Assembly: GCA_934294775.1 (NCBI GenBank) | Contig: CAKRAH010000009.1 | Span: forward strand, 510-64,509 | DNA length: 64,000 nt | DNA from: an uncultured Dorea sp. | GTDB lineage: Bacteria; Bacillota; Clostridia; Lachnospirales; Lachnospiraceae | Direction of reading: 5' to 3' | Part shown: positions 26,901 through 34,963 of the stretch, in pieces | Position numbering within the stretch: the first letter of the stretch is position 1 | Layout: the number at the start of each line of letters is the position of its first letter | Program-made: the position numbers and the translations under genes | Notes under the pieces: generated by a model | The model's database searches: none | The model's input: only the letters and a program-made list of their open reading frames with translations | What the model was told of the DNA's origin: nothing

Positions 26901-27292
26901 GCATCATTCCGCTGGATACAGAGATACTGAAGCATCTGGACAGGGATGCGTCGGGAGAATCACTTGCAGTTCCGGTAAAATATAATAAAAACGGGACGGT
27001 CTCAGGCTATTCCAAGGTTGTGTCAGGAGAAGATTTTGCGGCCATGATATCTCATGCAAGGAAAAAGGTAGATGATGCCAGAACCCGTATATTAAGTGGT
27101 GATGTAAGTGCACTTCCATATAGAAGAGGACAGGAGAGTGGCTGCGATTACTGTCCGTATCGGCACATCTGCGGATTCGATATAAAAGTACCGGGATACG
27201 AATACCGGGATATCGGAAGTGTTGGAAAAGAAGAAGCACTTGCGGTTATGAGACGGGAAACAGAGTCGGAAGAAATGAAAGGAGGCGCATAG
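23939..27292 (+). CDS. addB: Helicase-exonuclease AddAB, subunit AddB
   Basis: 1117 aa. N-terminal degenerate Walker A (GPSGSGKST) and a C-terminal RecB-type nuclease with Fe-S cysteines (...CACAHFL... CDYCPYRHIC). It lies directly upstream of addA. Confidence 0.88.
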   Translation: MPLKFVFGPSGSGKSTYLYQHIIEESQKYPERNYIVLVPEQFTMQTQKDLVMMHPRHGIMNIDVLSFARLAYRIFEETGAKKLPVLDDEGKNLILRKIAGDYEDKLTVLRGNIRKLGYISEVKSVISEFTQYDIGEPEIDKMLETVEADSRLYYKLKDIEILYEGFQNYLKERYITKEELLDVLSRQVKDSDILKNSTVVLDGFTGFTPVQNRLMVELMRRCRSVWVTVTIDERENPYAYRHPYQLFGLSKQMVTTLIKLAQDNKIKVEEPVTLYGYPVHRFQDNKELAFLERNIFRYGAGVYGQKVENLEIHVTRNPRQEAEAVAEGIRELVRKEGYRYREVGVIVSDMEVYGDYLEQAFQTYDIPVFMDHKRSILLNSFVEYVRSLLNMAEKNFSYESVFRFLRTNLAGFTPQETDELENYVIGLGIKGYKGWQNRWIRRLKGMEEEELDRLNHYRVQLVEKVDGLMFVLKQKRKTVRDITMAVYEFMVQENIQARLQKTEEEFQQAQELALAKEYSQIYRIIIELFDKFVELLGEEQVSLNEYCKLLDAGLEEARVGVIPPSVDQVVVGDVQRTRLKDIKALFFVGANDSFLPGALMRTGLLSERDREKFKKADYALSPGGKEKAYVQKFYLYMNLTKPSQQLKVYYSKVSSAGKSLRPSYLIQELLRLYPKLKVQDEEEKALVQKEFTERTGIAYLIQGLQDKNLDLVWQELYTWYQKDPVWKRKVDKLLEAWYYKRPEDPLADLVARKLYGENFEGSITRMERYASCACAHFLAYGLQLRERPVYEFQAVDLGNVCHLALEIFSKKAAEAGGWTTLSEDLQKELIDECVEEAVTDYGNSVLYSSARNERLIVRMKQMLERTVWALTSQLRAGDFVPEAYELRFFGGKIDRVDVCETEDKVYVKVLDYKTGSKAFDVVALYHGLQLQLMIYMDAAVSVEEKRHPGKEVIPAGVFYYRIQDPLVDKTEDKEEADRAILKQLKPDGIIPLDTEILKHLDRDASGESLAVPVKYNKNGTVSGYSKVVSGEDFAAMISHARKKVDDARTRILSGDVSALPYRRGQESGCDYCPYRHICGFDIKVPGYEYRDIGSVGKEEALAVMRRETESEEMKGGA

Positions 27293-27295
27293 AAG

Positions 27296-30200
27296 ATGGG
27301 AGTAACGTGGACGCAGGAACAGCAAAAAGTCATAGACTTAAGAAACCGGAATATCCTGGTATCGGCAGCGGCAGGTTCCGGAAAAACTGCGGTACTGGTA
27401 GAACGTATTATTACGATGCTTACCAAAGATGAGCCTCCGGTGGATGTGGACCGACTTCTGATCGTTACATTTACAGAAGCGGCAGCGGCAGAGATGAAAG
27501 AAAGAATCCGGCTTGCGATCGAGAAAAAATTAATGGAATATCCCGACAATGAACATTTGAAGCAGCAGGCAACCCTGATCCATAATGCGCAGATTACAAC
27601 GATACACAGTTTTTGTCTGTCGGTAATCCGTGACCATTTTCATGCGATTGATATTGACCCCGGATTCCGGATAGGAGAAGAGGGAGAGCTGAAGCTTTTA
27701 AGACACGATGTCTTAGAAGAAGTCCTGGAAGAAAAATATCAGGAAGGAAGCAAAAGATTTCTGGATTTTGCATCGGGATACAGTACAGGGCGTAATGATA
27801 AAAAGATTGAAGATCTGATCTTGAAGATATATGAATTCTCGAGAAGTTATCCAGATAGTGAAGCGTGGCTTGATTCTTGCGTGAAAGCGTATGAAATCGA
27901 AGATCTGGAGGCATTCGAAGAAAGTAATGTCATCAAAAAGATCCTGCAGGATGTACAGAAGAATCTGGAAGACGCAAAAGCACTGGTAGAATTCGCAATG
28001 CAGACAGCGTTAAGTATAGATGGACCGGCGGCATATGAGGCTGCACTGGAAAAAGATCTGATCGTTATAGAGGATCTGCAAAGCGCACGCACATACAGAC
28101 AGCAGTCAGAAGCATTTGCAAATGTAAAATGGGCCAGACTTCCGGTGAATAAGGATAAGACGGTATCCGAAGAGAAGATAACACAGGTTAAAAAGTTAAG
28201 AGAAATGGTGAAAGGCGTGGTAAAGAATATTGCGGCGCAGTATTTTTACGAGACGCCGGAAGCAATGATAGAAGATATGAATCTGTGTGCGCCGGCCATG
28301 GAGGAACTGGCAGATCTGGTTCGTTTATTTGGAAGCCGGTTCGAAGAAAAGAAGCGTTCGCAGAATATGATTGATTTTTCCGATATGGAGCAATATGCAC
28401 TCCGGATACTGACACAGAAGACGGAGAAAGGATTTGTTCCGTCTCCAGTAGCTTTGGAATATCAAAAGCAATATCAGGAGATCATGATTGATGAATATCA
28501 GGACAGTAACCTGATACAGGAAGCAATCCTGACCAGTGTGTCAACGTGTAGAAGCGGAAGATATAATATCTTCATGGTAGGAGATGTAAAACAGAGCATC
28601 TATCGTTTCCGTTTGTCTAAGCCGGAACTGTTCCTGGAAAAGTTTTACACATATAATATAGAAGAAAGTCAGACCCAGAGGATCGATCTTCATAAGAACT
28701 TCCGAAGCAGAAAAGAAGTATTGGAAAGTGTGAATGCGATATTCGGACGGATTATGACAGAGAAGCTTGGCGGAATTGTCTATGATGATCAGGCCGCGCT
28801 ATATCCGGGAGCAGAATACCCGGAGAATGAGAACCTGAATACAGAAATTTATCTGATCGACAGCGATCTGGACCGTGTAAAAGAACGGTATCAGTTGGAA
28901 GAAAATGAAAACAACGCAGAAGAACTGTCGAAAATCGCGTCAGAAAAAGAACTGGAAGCAAGAGCAATTGCAATGCGTATCAGGGAGCTTTTAAGAACAC
29001 AGAAGGTTACAGATAAGGCTACCGGCGAGCTGAGAAATGCGAAGTATTCCGATATCGTAATACTGACAAGAAGTGTAAAGGGATTTGCTGATGTATTTAC
29101 AGAAGTGCTCAACCGGGAAGGAATCCCTACGTATGCCGGAACGAGTGAAGGATATTTTCAGACGCAGGAGATAGGAGTGCTGCTGGATTATCTGCGTACA
29201 CTGGATAACCGGAGACAGGATATTCCGCTTACGGCAGTGCTTACGTCGCCGTTTTGTGGATTGGATGCAGAAGAGTTAGCAAAGATAAAATGTTTCTATC
29301 CGGAACTGCCGTTTTATGAAGCAGTTGTCAGATACCGGGAAGATGACGAAGAAAGAAAAAATGAAAAAGATGAAGTGATCCGTACGAAGATCAGTGCGTG
29401 TCTGGAGCAGATGGATACATTCCGGAGAATCGTTCCATTTACACCGATGCATGAGCTGCTGTGGAAGATTTTGGAAGATACAGGGTATGGGGATTATGTA
29501 GCGGCCATGCCGGGAGGACAGCAGAGAAAAGCCAACCTGGAGATGTTGATCGAAAAGGCAAGAGTATATGAATCGACGAGCTATAAAGGACTGTTTCATT
29601 TTGTAAGATATATTGAACAGCTGCAAAAATATGATGTGGATTACGGAGAAGCCAGTATCGAAGACGAACATGCAGATACGGTAAGAGTTATGACGATCCA
29701 TAAAAGTAAAGGACTGGAATTCCCGATCGTAATTGTTGCCGGTATGGGAAAACGCTTTAATATGCAGGATGCAAGAAGTGCAGTAGCACTGCATGCCGGT
29801 ATGGGAGTAGGACTGGATGCGATTGACCTGGGACTTCGGACAAAGAGTCCAAGCATCGTTAAAAAAGTGATTCAAAAAGAAGAAGTGTTAGAAAGCCTTG
29901 GGGAAGAACTACGCGTACTCTACGTAGCACTGACGCGTGCGAAGGAAAAACTGATCATTACCGGTATGCTTCCAAGACCGGAAGAAAAGTTAGAAGAAAG
30001 CCGGATGCTTCAGAGAAGTAATCAGAAGGAATTGTCATTTGGCGAGTTAAGCCACGCCGGAACCTATTGGGACTGGATCCTGCCGGCGGTACTTGGCTGT
30101 GGGGAGGATGTACCGTTAGAGGTAAATATCCTGCATTTTGAAGATATTGTAAAAGAAGGACTGAAAGAAGAGACAAAGGGAGTGATATCGAGATCACTTC

Positions 30201-30973
30201 TGGAACAATGGGACACAGACAGAGTCTATGAGCCTGAAATGCATACGGTTATGGAAGAACAGTTCGGATTCCATTATCCATATGAAAAGAGCAGTGCAAG
30301 AAAGCTCAAATTTACAGTTACAGAATTGAAAAAGCGTGCGTATGAGATCGCAATGGATCATAGCCTGGAGGAAGAAGCACAGGAAGAATTACTTTATGAA
30401 GAGCCGGAAGTGACACCGTTGATACCAACTTTTATGCAAAAAGAAGAAGGACTGACCGGAGCACCAAGAGGAACCGCATACCATAGAATCATGGAGCTTC
30501 TTGCATTTGAAGGACCGGAACCCGACAGCATAGAAGCGGTTGCAGAGTGGATTGGCGGGATGGCTTCCAGTGGAAAGATAGAAAAAGAAGCGGCCGAATG
30601 TGTGAAGCCATACGATATCTTCCGGTTCCTAGAGACACCATCCGGAAAGCGGATGAAAAAGGCCGCCAAGAGCCAGAGACTCTGGAAAGAGCAGCCGTTT
30701 GTATTAGGGATAGATGCGAAAGAGCTTTATCCGGAAGAAGAGGATGGAGAACTTATACTGGTACAGGGAATTATCGATGCATATTTTGAAGAAGAGGACG
30801 AACTGGTTGTGTTGGATTATAAGACGGACCGGGTGAGAAAGGCAGAAGAATTGGTGGAAAAATATCAGGAACAGCTGCGGTATTATGCAAAAGCACTGGA
30901 GCAGATGACTGGGAAAAAAGTGAAAGAAAAGATTATCTATGCATTTTCACTTGGAAAAGAAATACGTATATAG
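27296..30973 (+). CDS. addA: Helicase-exonuclease AddAB, subunit AddA (UvrD-like helicase plus RecB nuclease)
   Basis: 1225 aa with AAAGSGKT, IDEYQDSN, VGDVKQSIYRFR, VMTIHKSKGLEFP and LYVALTRAKEKL. The C-terminal nuclease motif is GIIDAYF...VLDYKTD. Confidence 0.9.
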   Translation: MGVTWTQEQQKVIDLRNRNILVSAAAGSGKTAVLVERIITMLTKDEPPVDVDRLLIVTFTEAAAAEMKERIRLAIEKKLMEYPDNEHLKQQATLIHNAQITTIHSFCLSVIRDHFHAIDIDPGFRIGEEGELKLLRHDVLEEVLEEKYQEGSKRFLDFASGYSTGRNDKKIEDLILKIYEFSRSYPDSEAWLDSCVKAYEIEDLEAFEESNVIKKILQDVQKNLEDAKALVEFAMQTALSIDGPAAYEAALEKDLIVIEDLQSARTYRQQSEAFANVKWARLPVNKDKTVSEEKITQVKKLREMVKGVVKNIAAQYFYETPEAMIEDMNLCAPAMEELADLVRLFGSRFEEKKRSQNMIDFSDMEQYALRILTQKTEKGFVPSPVALEYQKQYQEIMIDEYQDSNLIQEAILTSVSTCRSGRYNIFMVGDVKQSIYRFRLSKPELFLEKFYTYNIEESQTQRIDLHKNFRSRKEVLESVNAIFGRIMTEKLGGIVYDDQAALYPGAEYPENENLNTEIYLIDSDLDRVKERYQLEENENNAEELSKIASEKELEARAIAMRIRELLRTQKVTDKATGELRNAKYSDIVILTRSVKGFADVFTEVLNREGIPTYAGTSEGYFQTQEIGVLLDYLRTLDNRRQDIPLTAVLTSPFCGLDAEELAKIKCFYPELPFYEAVVRYREDDEERKNEKDEVIRTKISACLEQMDTFRRIVPFTPMHELLWKILEDTGYGDYVAAMPGGQQRKANLEMLIEKARVYESTSYKGLFHFVRYIEQLQKYDVDYGEASIEDEHADTVRVMTIHKSKGLEFPIVIVAGMGKRFNMQDARSAVALHAGMGVGLDAIDLGLRTKSPSIVKKVIQKEEVLESLGEELRVLYVALTRAKEKLIITGMLPRPEEKLEESRMLQRSNQKELSFGELSHAGTYWDWILPAVLGCGEDVPLEVNILHFEDIVKEGLKEETKGVISRSLLEQWDTDRVYEPEMHTVMEEQFGFHYPYEKSSARKLKFTVTELKKRAYEIAMDHSLEEEAQEELLYEEPEVTPLIPTFMQKEEGLTGAPRGTAYHRIMELLAFEGPEPDSIEAVAEWIGGMASSGKIEKEAAECVKPYDIFRFLETPSGKRMKKAAKSQRLWKEQPFVLGIDAKELYPEEEDGELILVQGIIDAYFEEEDELVVLDYKTDRVRKAEELVEKYQEQLRYYAKALEQMTGKKVKEKIIYAFSLGKEIRI

Positions 30974-30995
30974 AAAGAAAAGAATGTGAGAAAAA

Positions 30996-31032
30996 GAATG
31001 ACGCAAAAAGGAAATGTGTCATTCTTTTTTTT
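30996..31032 (+). terminator. Intrinsic terminator after addA
   Basis: GAATGAC ... GTCATTC followed by TTTTTTTT. Confidence 0.6.
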
Positions 31033-31035
31033 GAT

Positions 31036-31079
31036 GCCAAAGCATGCAAGAGAAGCTGCCAGTGGCAAGTTCTCTGTAT
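31036..31079 (+). repeat. Dispersed hairpin repeat, type A copy
   Basis: gccaaagcatgcaagagaagctgccagtggcaagttctctgtat. Confidence 0.8.
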
Positions 31080-31097
31080 AGCAAAATATAATATATG

Positions 31098-31128
31098 TTG
31101 ACATACTATATTATACGACGTATAATAT
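31098..31128 (+). promoter_or_regulatory. Consensus promoter with embedded perfect palindrome (likely PadR operator)
   Basis: TTGACA (31098-31103), a 17-nt spacer, then TATAAT (31121-31126). The palindrome ATATTATACG-a-CGTATAATAT (31108-31128) overlaps the spacer and the -10 element. Confidence 0.6.
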
Positions 31129-31182
31129 GTGTAAAGAAATAATATTGTGATGCAAATTATAAAATAACAAGGAAGTGAGCAT

Positions 31183-31506
31183 ATGGTTTTTAATACAGGA
31201 GCAGCGCTTCTGGATGCAATCGTCCTGGCTGTTGTGTCGCGGAAAGAGGAAGGAACATACGGATATAAGATCACACAGGATGTCAGAAAAGCAATCGATG
31301 TGTCAGAATCTACGTTATATCCGGTCCTTAGAAGATTGCAAAAAGGGGAATATCTGGAAGTATATGACCGGCAGTTCGATGGAAGAAACCGCAGATACTA
31401 TAAAGTGACAGAAAGCGGCAAAGAACAGCTTGCGATGTACCAGACTGAATGGAAGAATTATTCGAAAAAAATCAGCGCATTATTTGAGGGAGGGAGTTTG
31501 GAATGA
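31183..31506 (+). CDS. PadR-family transcriptional regulator
   Basis: 107 aa winged-helix protein: ...GYKITQDV....SESTLYPVLRRLQKGEYLEVY......RRYYKVTESGKE. Confidence 0.85.
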   Translation: MVFNTGAALLDAIVLAVVSRKEEGTYGYKITQDVRKAIDVSESTLYPVLRRLQKGEYLEVYDRQFDGRNRRYYKVTESGKEQLAMYQTEWKNYSKKISALFEGGSLE

Positions 31507-32255
31507 ACAGAATAGAATTTATGGCTGAGTTGTCGAGACTCCTGGAAGGAATTCCGGAAGAAGACAGACTGGATGCACTGAACTATTATAATGATTATTT
31601 TGACGATGCGGGCAGTGAAAATGAGCAGAACGTAATAGAAGAACTGGAAAGCCCGGAAAAGGTCGCTATGAAGATCAAAGCCGAAAGAGGGGATATAGAG
31701 GTTGTAAATATTAAGAGCACAGAGGCCGGGGAAGAGGAAGAGGCCGGATCTGGATATCAATATTATCAGGAATCAAAAGAAGAAACCGGATACAGAGAAA
31801 AGAATGTATATTATGATAACGGAACCTATACATATGATAATGATAATCCGGAAGAATCAGAAGCAGATAAGCCGTGGACCAGTAAACCATTAAAATATCT
31901 TCTGATCGCAGCAATTATTCTGGTAGGATGTCCGGTTATCGTTCCGCTGGCAGCAGCTTTGGTGGTAACAGTACTGGTACTTGTGATAGCAGCATTTGCA
32001 GTATTTGCAAGTATTGTGATCGCATTTGCGGCAGTGGTTCTGGTAGGAGTTGTGCTTTTGTGTTCCGGAATCGGAAGTCTTATAAGTTCCGGTGTAGTAG
32101 GCCTTGGGATTATAGGAATTGGACTGATCGTAATACCGATAGGACTGATTGGAACGATTGCAGGTGTAAGATTATGTACGATTGTATTCCCGGGGATGAT
32201 AAGAGGAATCGTATGTGTATGCAGAAAACCATTTCACAGAAGAACGGAGGTATAG
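31503..32255 (+). CDS. DUF1700-like membrane protein (PadR-associated sensor/anchor)
   Basis: The N-terminus MNRIEFMAELSRLLEGIPEEDRLDALNYYNDYFDDAG is typical of DUF1700. The C-terminal half is multi-TM. The start overlaps the padR stop by 4 nt. Confidence 0.7.
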   Translation: MNRIEFMAELSRLLEGIPEEDRLDALNYYNDYFDDAGSENEQNVIEELESPEKVAMKIKAERGDIEVVNIKSTEAGEEEEAGSGYQYYQESKEETGYREKNVYYDNGTYTYDNDNPEESEADKPWTSKPLKYLLIAAIILVGCPVIVPLAAALVVTVLVLVIAAFAVFASIVIAFAAVVLVGVVLLCSGIGSLISSGVVGLGIIGIGLIVIPIGLIGTIAGVRLCTIVFPGMIRGIVCVCRKPFHRRTEV

Positions 32256-32258
32256 CTT

Positions 32259-33278
32259 ATGAAGAAAAGATGGAAAATATTCTGGATTGTATGTGGAGTA
32301 ATGTTCCTGACCGGTGTGATATGTTGTGTGGCAGCTAACAGAGTGTTTGGGGTAACATTGACAGATATTGCAGCAGAATTTCCGCATGGAATTGTGATTG
32401 GATCAGACACAGATGAGGATGACTGGGATGATGATGGTGATTGGGATGACGATGATGATTGGGATGACGACGATGATGATTGGGATGACGAGGATGACGA
32501 GGATGACTGGGATGACGGTGATGACGATTGGGATGACGACGATGATAAGGATCATGCGGCAAAGATAGAGAATAATAAGAATAAAGCTGCTACGAATACA
32601 AAAGAAAGTGGGAAAGAACGCATGCTCAATGGAAATGGCAAAGCAGTTTATCAGCAGATTACATCAATCAAAGGAAAAATCTATGCAGGAAGGGTGTACT
32701 TTAAAACTGCAGCAACAGATGAGATTACAGTTGAGAGTAAGGATACACATGAAAAACTTGGATTTCAGGCTTATGAAGAGGACGGAGTCCTGTATCTGAA
32801 GACGAATAAAAAGGTGAAAAATAAAAATGATATAGGAAAAGGTTCAATCACAGTGACATTACCGGAGAAACAGACATTTGACAAGATTGATCTGACACTG
32901 AAAGCTGGAGAGTTAAATGCGGATGAATTCAGCGCAGATGATCTTGAAATAAAAAATGGAGCCGGAAAGGTATTTGTTAAGGATTTTACCGCGAAAAAAG
33001 CAGAATTTGAAAGTGGAGCCGGATCATTGTCTGGAACGGGTGATGTATCAGAAAAGATGGATATAGATTGCGGTGTCGGTGAGATAGATCTGAAACTTAA
33101 AGGCAGCCAGAATGATTATAATTACGATCTGGAATGTGGAATCGGAGAGATACAGTGCGGCGACAATAGATACAGCGGTTTTGGAAGAGAAGTACATGTA
33201 GATAATCAGGCTTCGAAAGAGATGAAGATTGACTGCGGCATAGGACAGATTACGATCAGTTATGCGACAGAAATGTAA
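32259..33278 (+). CDS. DUF4097-like beta-repeat protein with N-terminal TM anchor and Asp/Trp-rich tract
   Basis: 339 aa. TM segment IFWIVCGVMFLTGVICCV, acidic tract at aa ~50-100, and C-terminal repeats (DIDCGVGEIDLKL, DLECGIGEIQCG, KIDCGIGQITISY) like DUF4097/LiaF-C-type domains. Confidence 0.65.
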   Translation: MKKRWKIFWIVCGVMFLTGVICCVAANRVFGVTLTDIAAEFPHGIVIGSDTDEDDWDDDGDWDDDDDWDDDDDDWDDEDDEDDWDDGDDDWDDDDDKDHAAKIENNKNKAATNTKESGKERMLNGNGKAVYQQITSIKGKIYAGRVYFKTAATDEITVESKDTHEKLGFQAYEEDGVLYLKTNKKVKNKNDIGKGSITVTLPEKQTFDKIDLTLKAGELNADEFSADDLEIKNGAGKVFVKDFTAKKAEFESGAGSLSGTGDVSEKMDIDCGVGEIDLKLKGSQNDYNYDLECGIGEIQCGDNRYSGFGREVHVDNQASKEMKIDCGIGQITISYATEM

Positions 33279-33347
33279 GGGACTTTTGAAAAAAGTCGGA
33301 TTTGAAATATAAAAAAAGAGTCTAAGAAAGAGCAGGAGGATATGAAG

Positions 33348-33545
33348 ATGGAGAATAAGAGATTATACCGTTCAAGAAAAGACAGAATGATCTGTGGAGT
33401 ATGTGGAGGGATTGCAAAATATTTTAATATTGACCCAACATTAGTCAGACTGGCATTTGTACTGATTGCGTTGTGGGCAGGATCAGGAATCTTTGCATAT
33501 ATTATTGCTGCAATTATTATTCCAGATGATCCAAATGAAGTGTAA
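33348..33545 (+). CDS. PspC-domain membrane protein
   Basis: RLYRSRKDRMICGVCGGIAKYFNIDPTLVRLAFVLIAL is the PspC domain signature. I chose the second in-frame ATG (33348), which is 8 nt after AGGAGG. The longest ORF starts at 33342. Confidence 0.8.
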   Translation: MENKRLYRSRKDRMICGVCGGIAKYFNIDPTLVRLAFVLIALWAGSGIFAYIIAAIIIPDDPNEV

Positions 33546-33683
33546 GAGATTACAGTATCCGGGAATTGCGCAGCAATATAGCAATCTGTGGACAGCAGTA
33601 GGAACATAAAATAAAATCAAAATAACAGTATAGTTTGCAAAAAGCGGGCCATAATAAGAAAAAAACGAAAGGAAGTTCTTATT

Positions 33684-33902
33684 ATGGCCCGAAAAGCAAA
33701 AGCACCTGTCCGGTTTGACGATCTTGCACCGGAGGATAAGCTGAAATATGAAATAGCTGACGAACTGGGACTCCTGGACCGTGTTATGCAGGATGGATGG
33801 AAATCCCTGACTTCAAAAGAAACAGGAAGGATCGGAGGTCTGATCACCAAAAAGAAACGGCAGGATCAAAAAAATGACAAAAATATTACGAATGTTAATT
33901 AG
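33684..33902 (+). CDS. Small acid-soluble spore protein, alpha/beta type
   Basis: 72 aa. ...KLKYEIADELGL......GWKSLTSKETGRIGGLITKK matches the two conserved SASP alpha/beta blocks. Confidence 0.75.
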   Translation: MARKAKAPVRFDDLAPEDKLKYEIADELGLLDRVMQDGWKSLTSKETGRIGGLITKKKRQDQKNDKNITNVN

Positions 33903-34063
33903 TATGAAGATTATGTAATAAATGTTGAAAAGGGAATATCCATTTGCTATAATCGAAAAACTGGAAAAGATTTGTGTGCCTGTTTGAAATGCGTAATATG
34001 GTCAGAGCCGTGTTGCCATTTGCGCCATGTACAAACCGCAGACAAGAATTAGCAGGTGAGGAT

Positions 34064-34750
34064 ATGAACGAGAAGATTAATGTTTTAGATGTGAATATAG
34101 ACAGCTGTACAGCTAAAGAGGCCATGAAAGAAACCATTGCTTTTCTGGAGTCGGATCCTGTAAGTGTTGTAGAGATTGTAACCGTGGATGGTCTGATGCA
34201 GATGAATGATCTGCCGGAACTAAAAGAGCAGATGAATGAATTCAATCTGGTGCTGGCTGGCGAAAAGCAGATATTAGAAGCTGCGGATACCAGGAGTGTA
34301 TCCAGAGTAAAAGAGATAGATCTTAAGCTCTTTTTTAAGATGTTTATGCGATATCTGCATAAGAATCATAAAAGGATCTATCTGTTGGTGGAATCCGAAG
34401 AAGAAGGGCAGGAAGCATTCCGCTACATGCAGAAGTATTACAGCGGGATCCAGCTGATCGGACTGGCGAAGGTGTCGGCAGAGGCAAGGGCTGATGATAT
34501 GCTTGTCAATGCGATCAACGGAAGTGAGGTAGACTGTGTATTATCGGCATTATCCGTTCCTCTTCAGGAAGATTTTATTGCAAAGAACCGGAATCTTCTG
34601 GATGCCAGGGTATGGATCGGCGGAGGAAAAAGGATGTTTTTGGATCAGAAAAACGGTCTGGGAAGAGGACGTATTGCGAACTATCTTCTGAATCATTTTT
34701 TTAAAAAAGAACTGGAAAAGCGAAAAAAAGAAGAAAAGTTCGAATCGTAA
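34064..34750 (+). CDS. WecB/TagA/CpsF-family glycosyltransferase-like protein (divergent)
   Basis: The N-terminus INVLDVNIDSCTAKEAMKETIAFLE..VVEIVTVDGLM and the overall length resemble TagA-family proteins. The usual DG.G motif region reads AGEKQ. The start is at ATG 34064 after GGTGAGG. Confidence 0.5.
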   Translation: MNEKINVLDVNIDSCTAKEAMKETIAFLESDPVSVVEIVTVDGLMQMNDLPELKEQMNEFNLVLAGEKQILEAADTRSVSRVKEIDLKLFFKMFMRYLHKNHKRIYLLVESEEEGQEAFRYMQKYYSGIQLIGLAKVSAEARADDMLVNAINGSEVDCVLSALSVPLQEDFIAKNRNLLDARVWIGGGKRMFLDQKNGLGRGRIANYLLNHFFKKELEKRKKEEKFES

Positions 34751-34818
34751 GAAAAATATAAGAAAATTGTTTCGTTATTATGTCCATGGTATAAATGTGA
34801 ATAAATTGTGAAAAAACC

Positions 34819-34860
34819 GAGGAAATCACCAAAAATGTGTGATTTCCTCTTTATTTTTTT
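34819..34860 (+). terminator. Intrinsic terminator
   Basis: GAGGAAATCAC-caaaaatgt-GTGATTTCCTC followed by TTTATTTTTTT. Confidence 0.65.
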
Positions 34861-34963
34861 GGTCATATATATTAAGATAAGATTTAGCAGTATACATTTT
34901 AGAGTTTTAATGGAAAGATTTGTTGTGAAAAATGTATATTGAAAAGAGTGGAGGAGATGGAAT

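Noticed and set aside
821-31079. Possibility that the recurring 44-nt elements are a CRISPR array or MITE/IS ends
   Set aside because: The copies are dispersed over 30 kb as singles or dimers, not as a regular repeat-spacer array. I saw no cas genes, no transposase and no flanking target-site duplications.
32335-32562. His/Pro/Arg/Asn-rich 75-aa minus-strand ORF
   Set aside because: It is the reverse-complement reading of the GAT/GAC/TGG low-complexity tract that encodes the Asp/Trp region of the + strand DUF4097-like gene.
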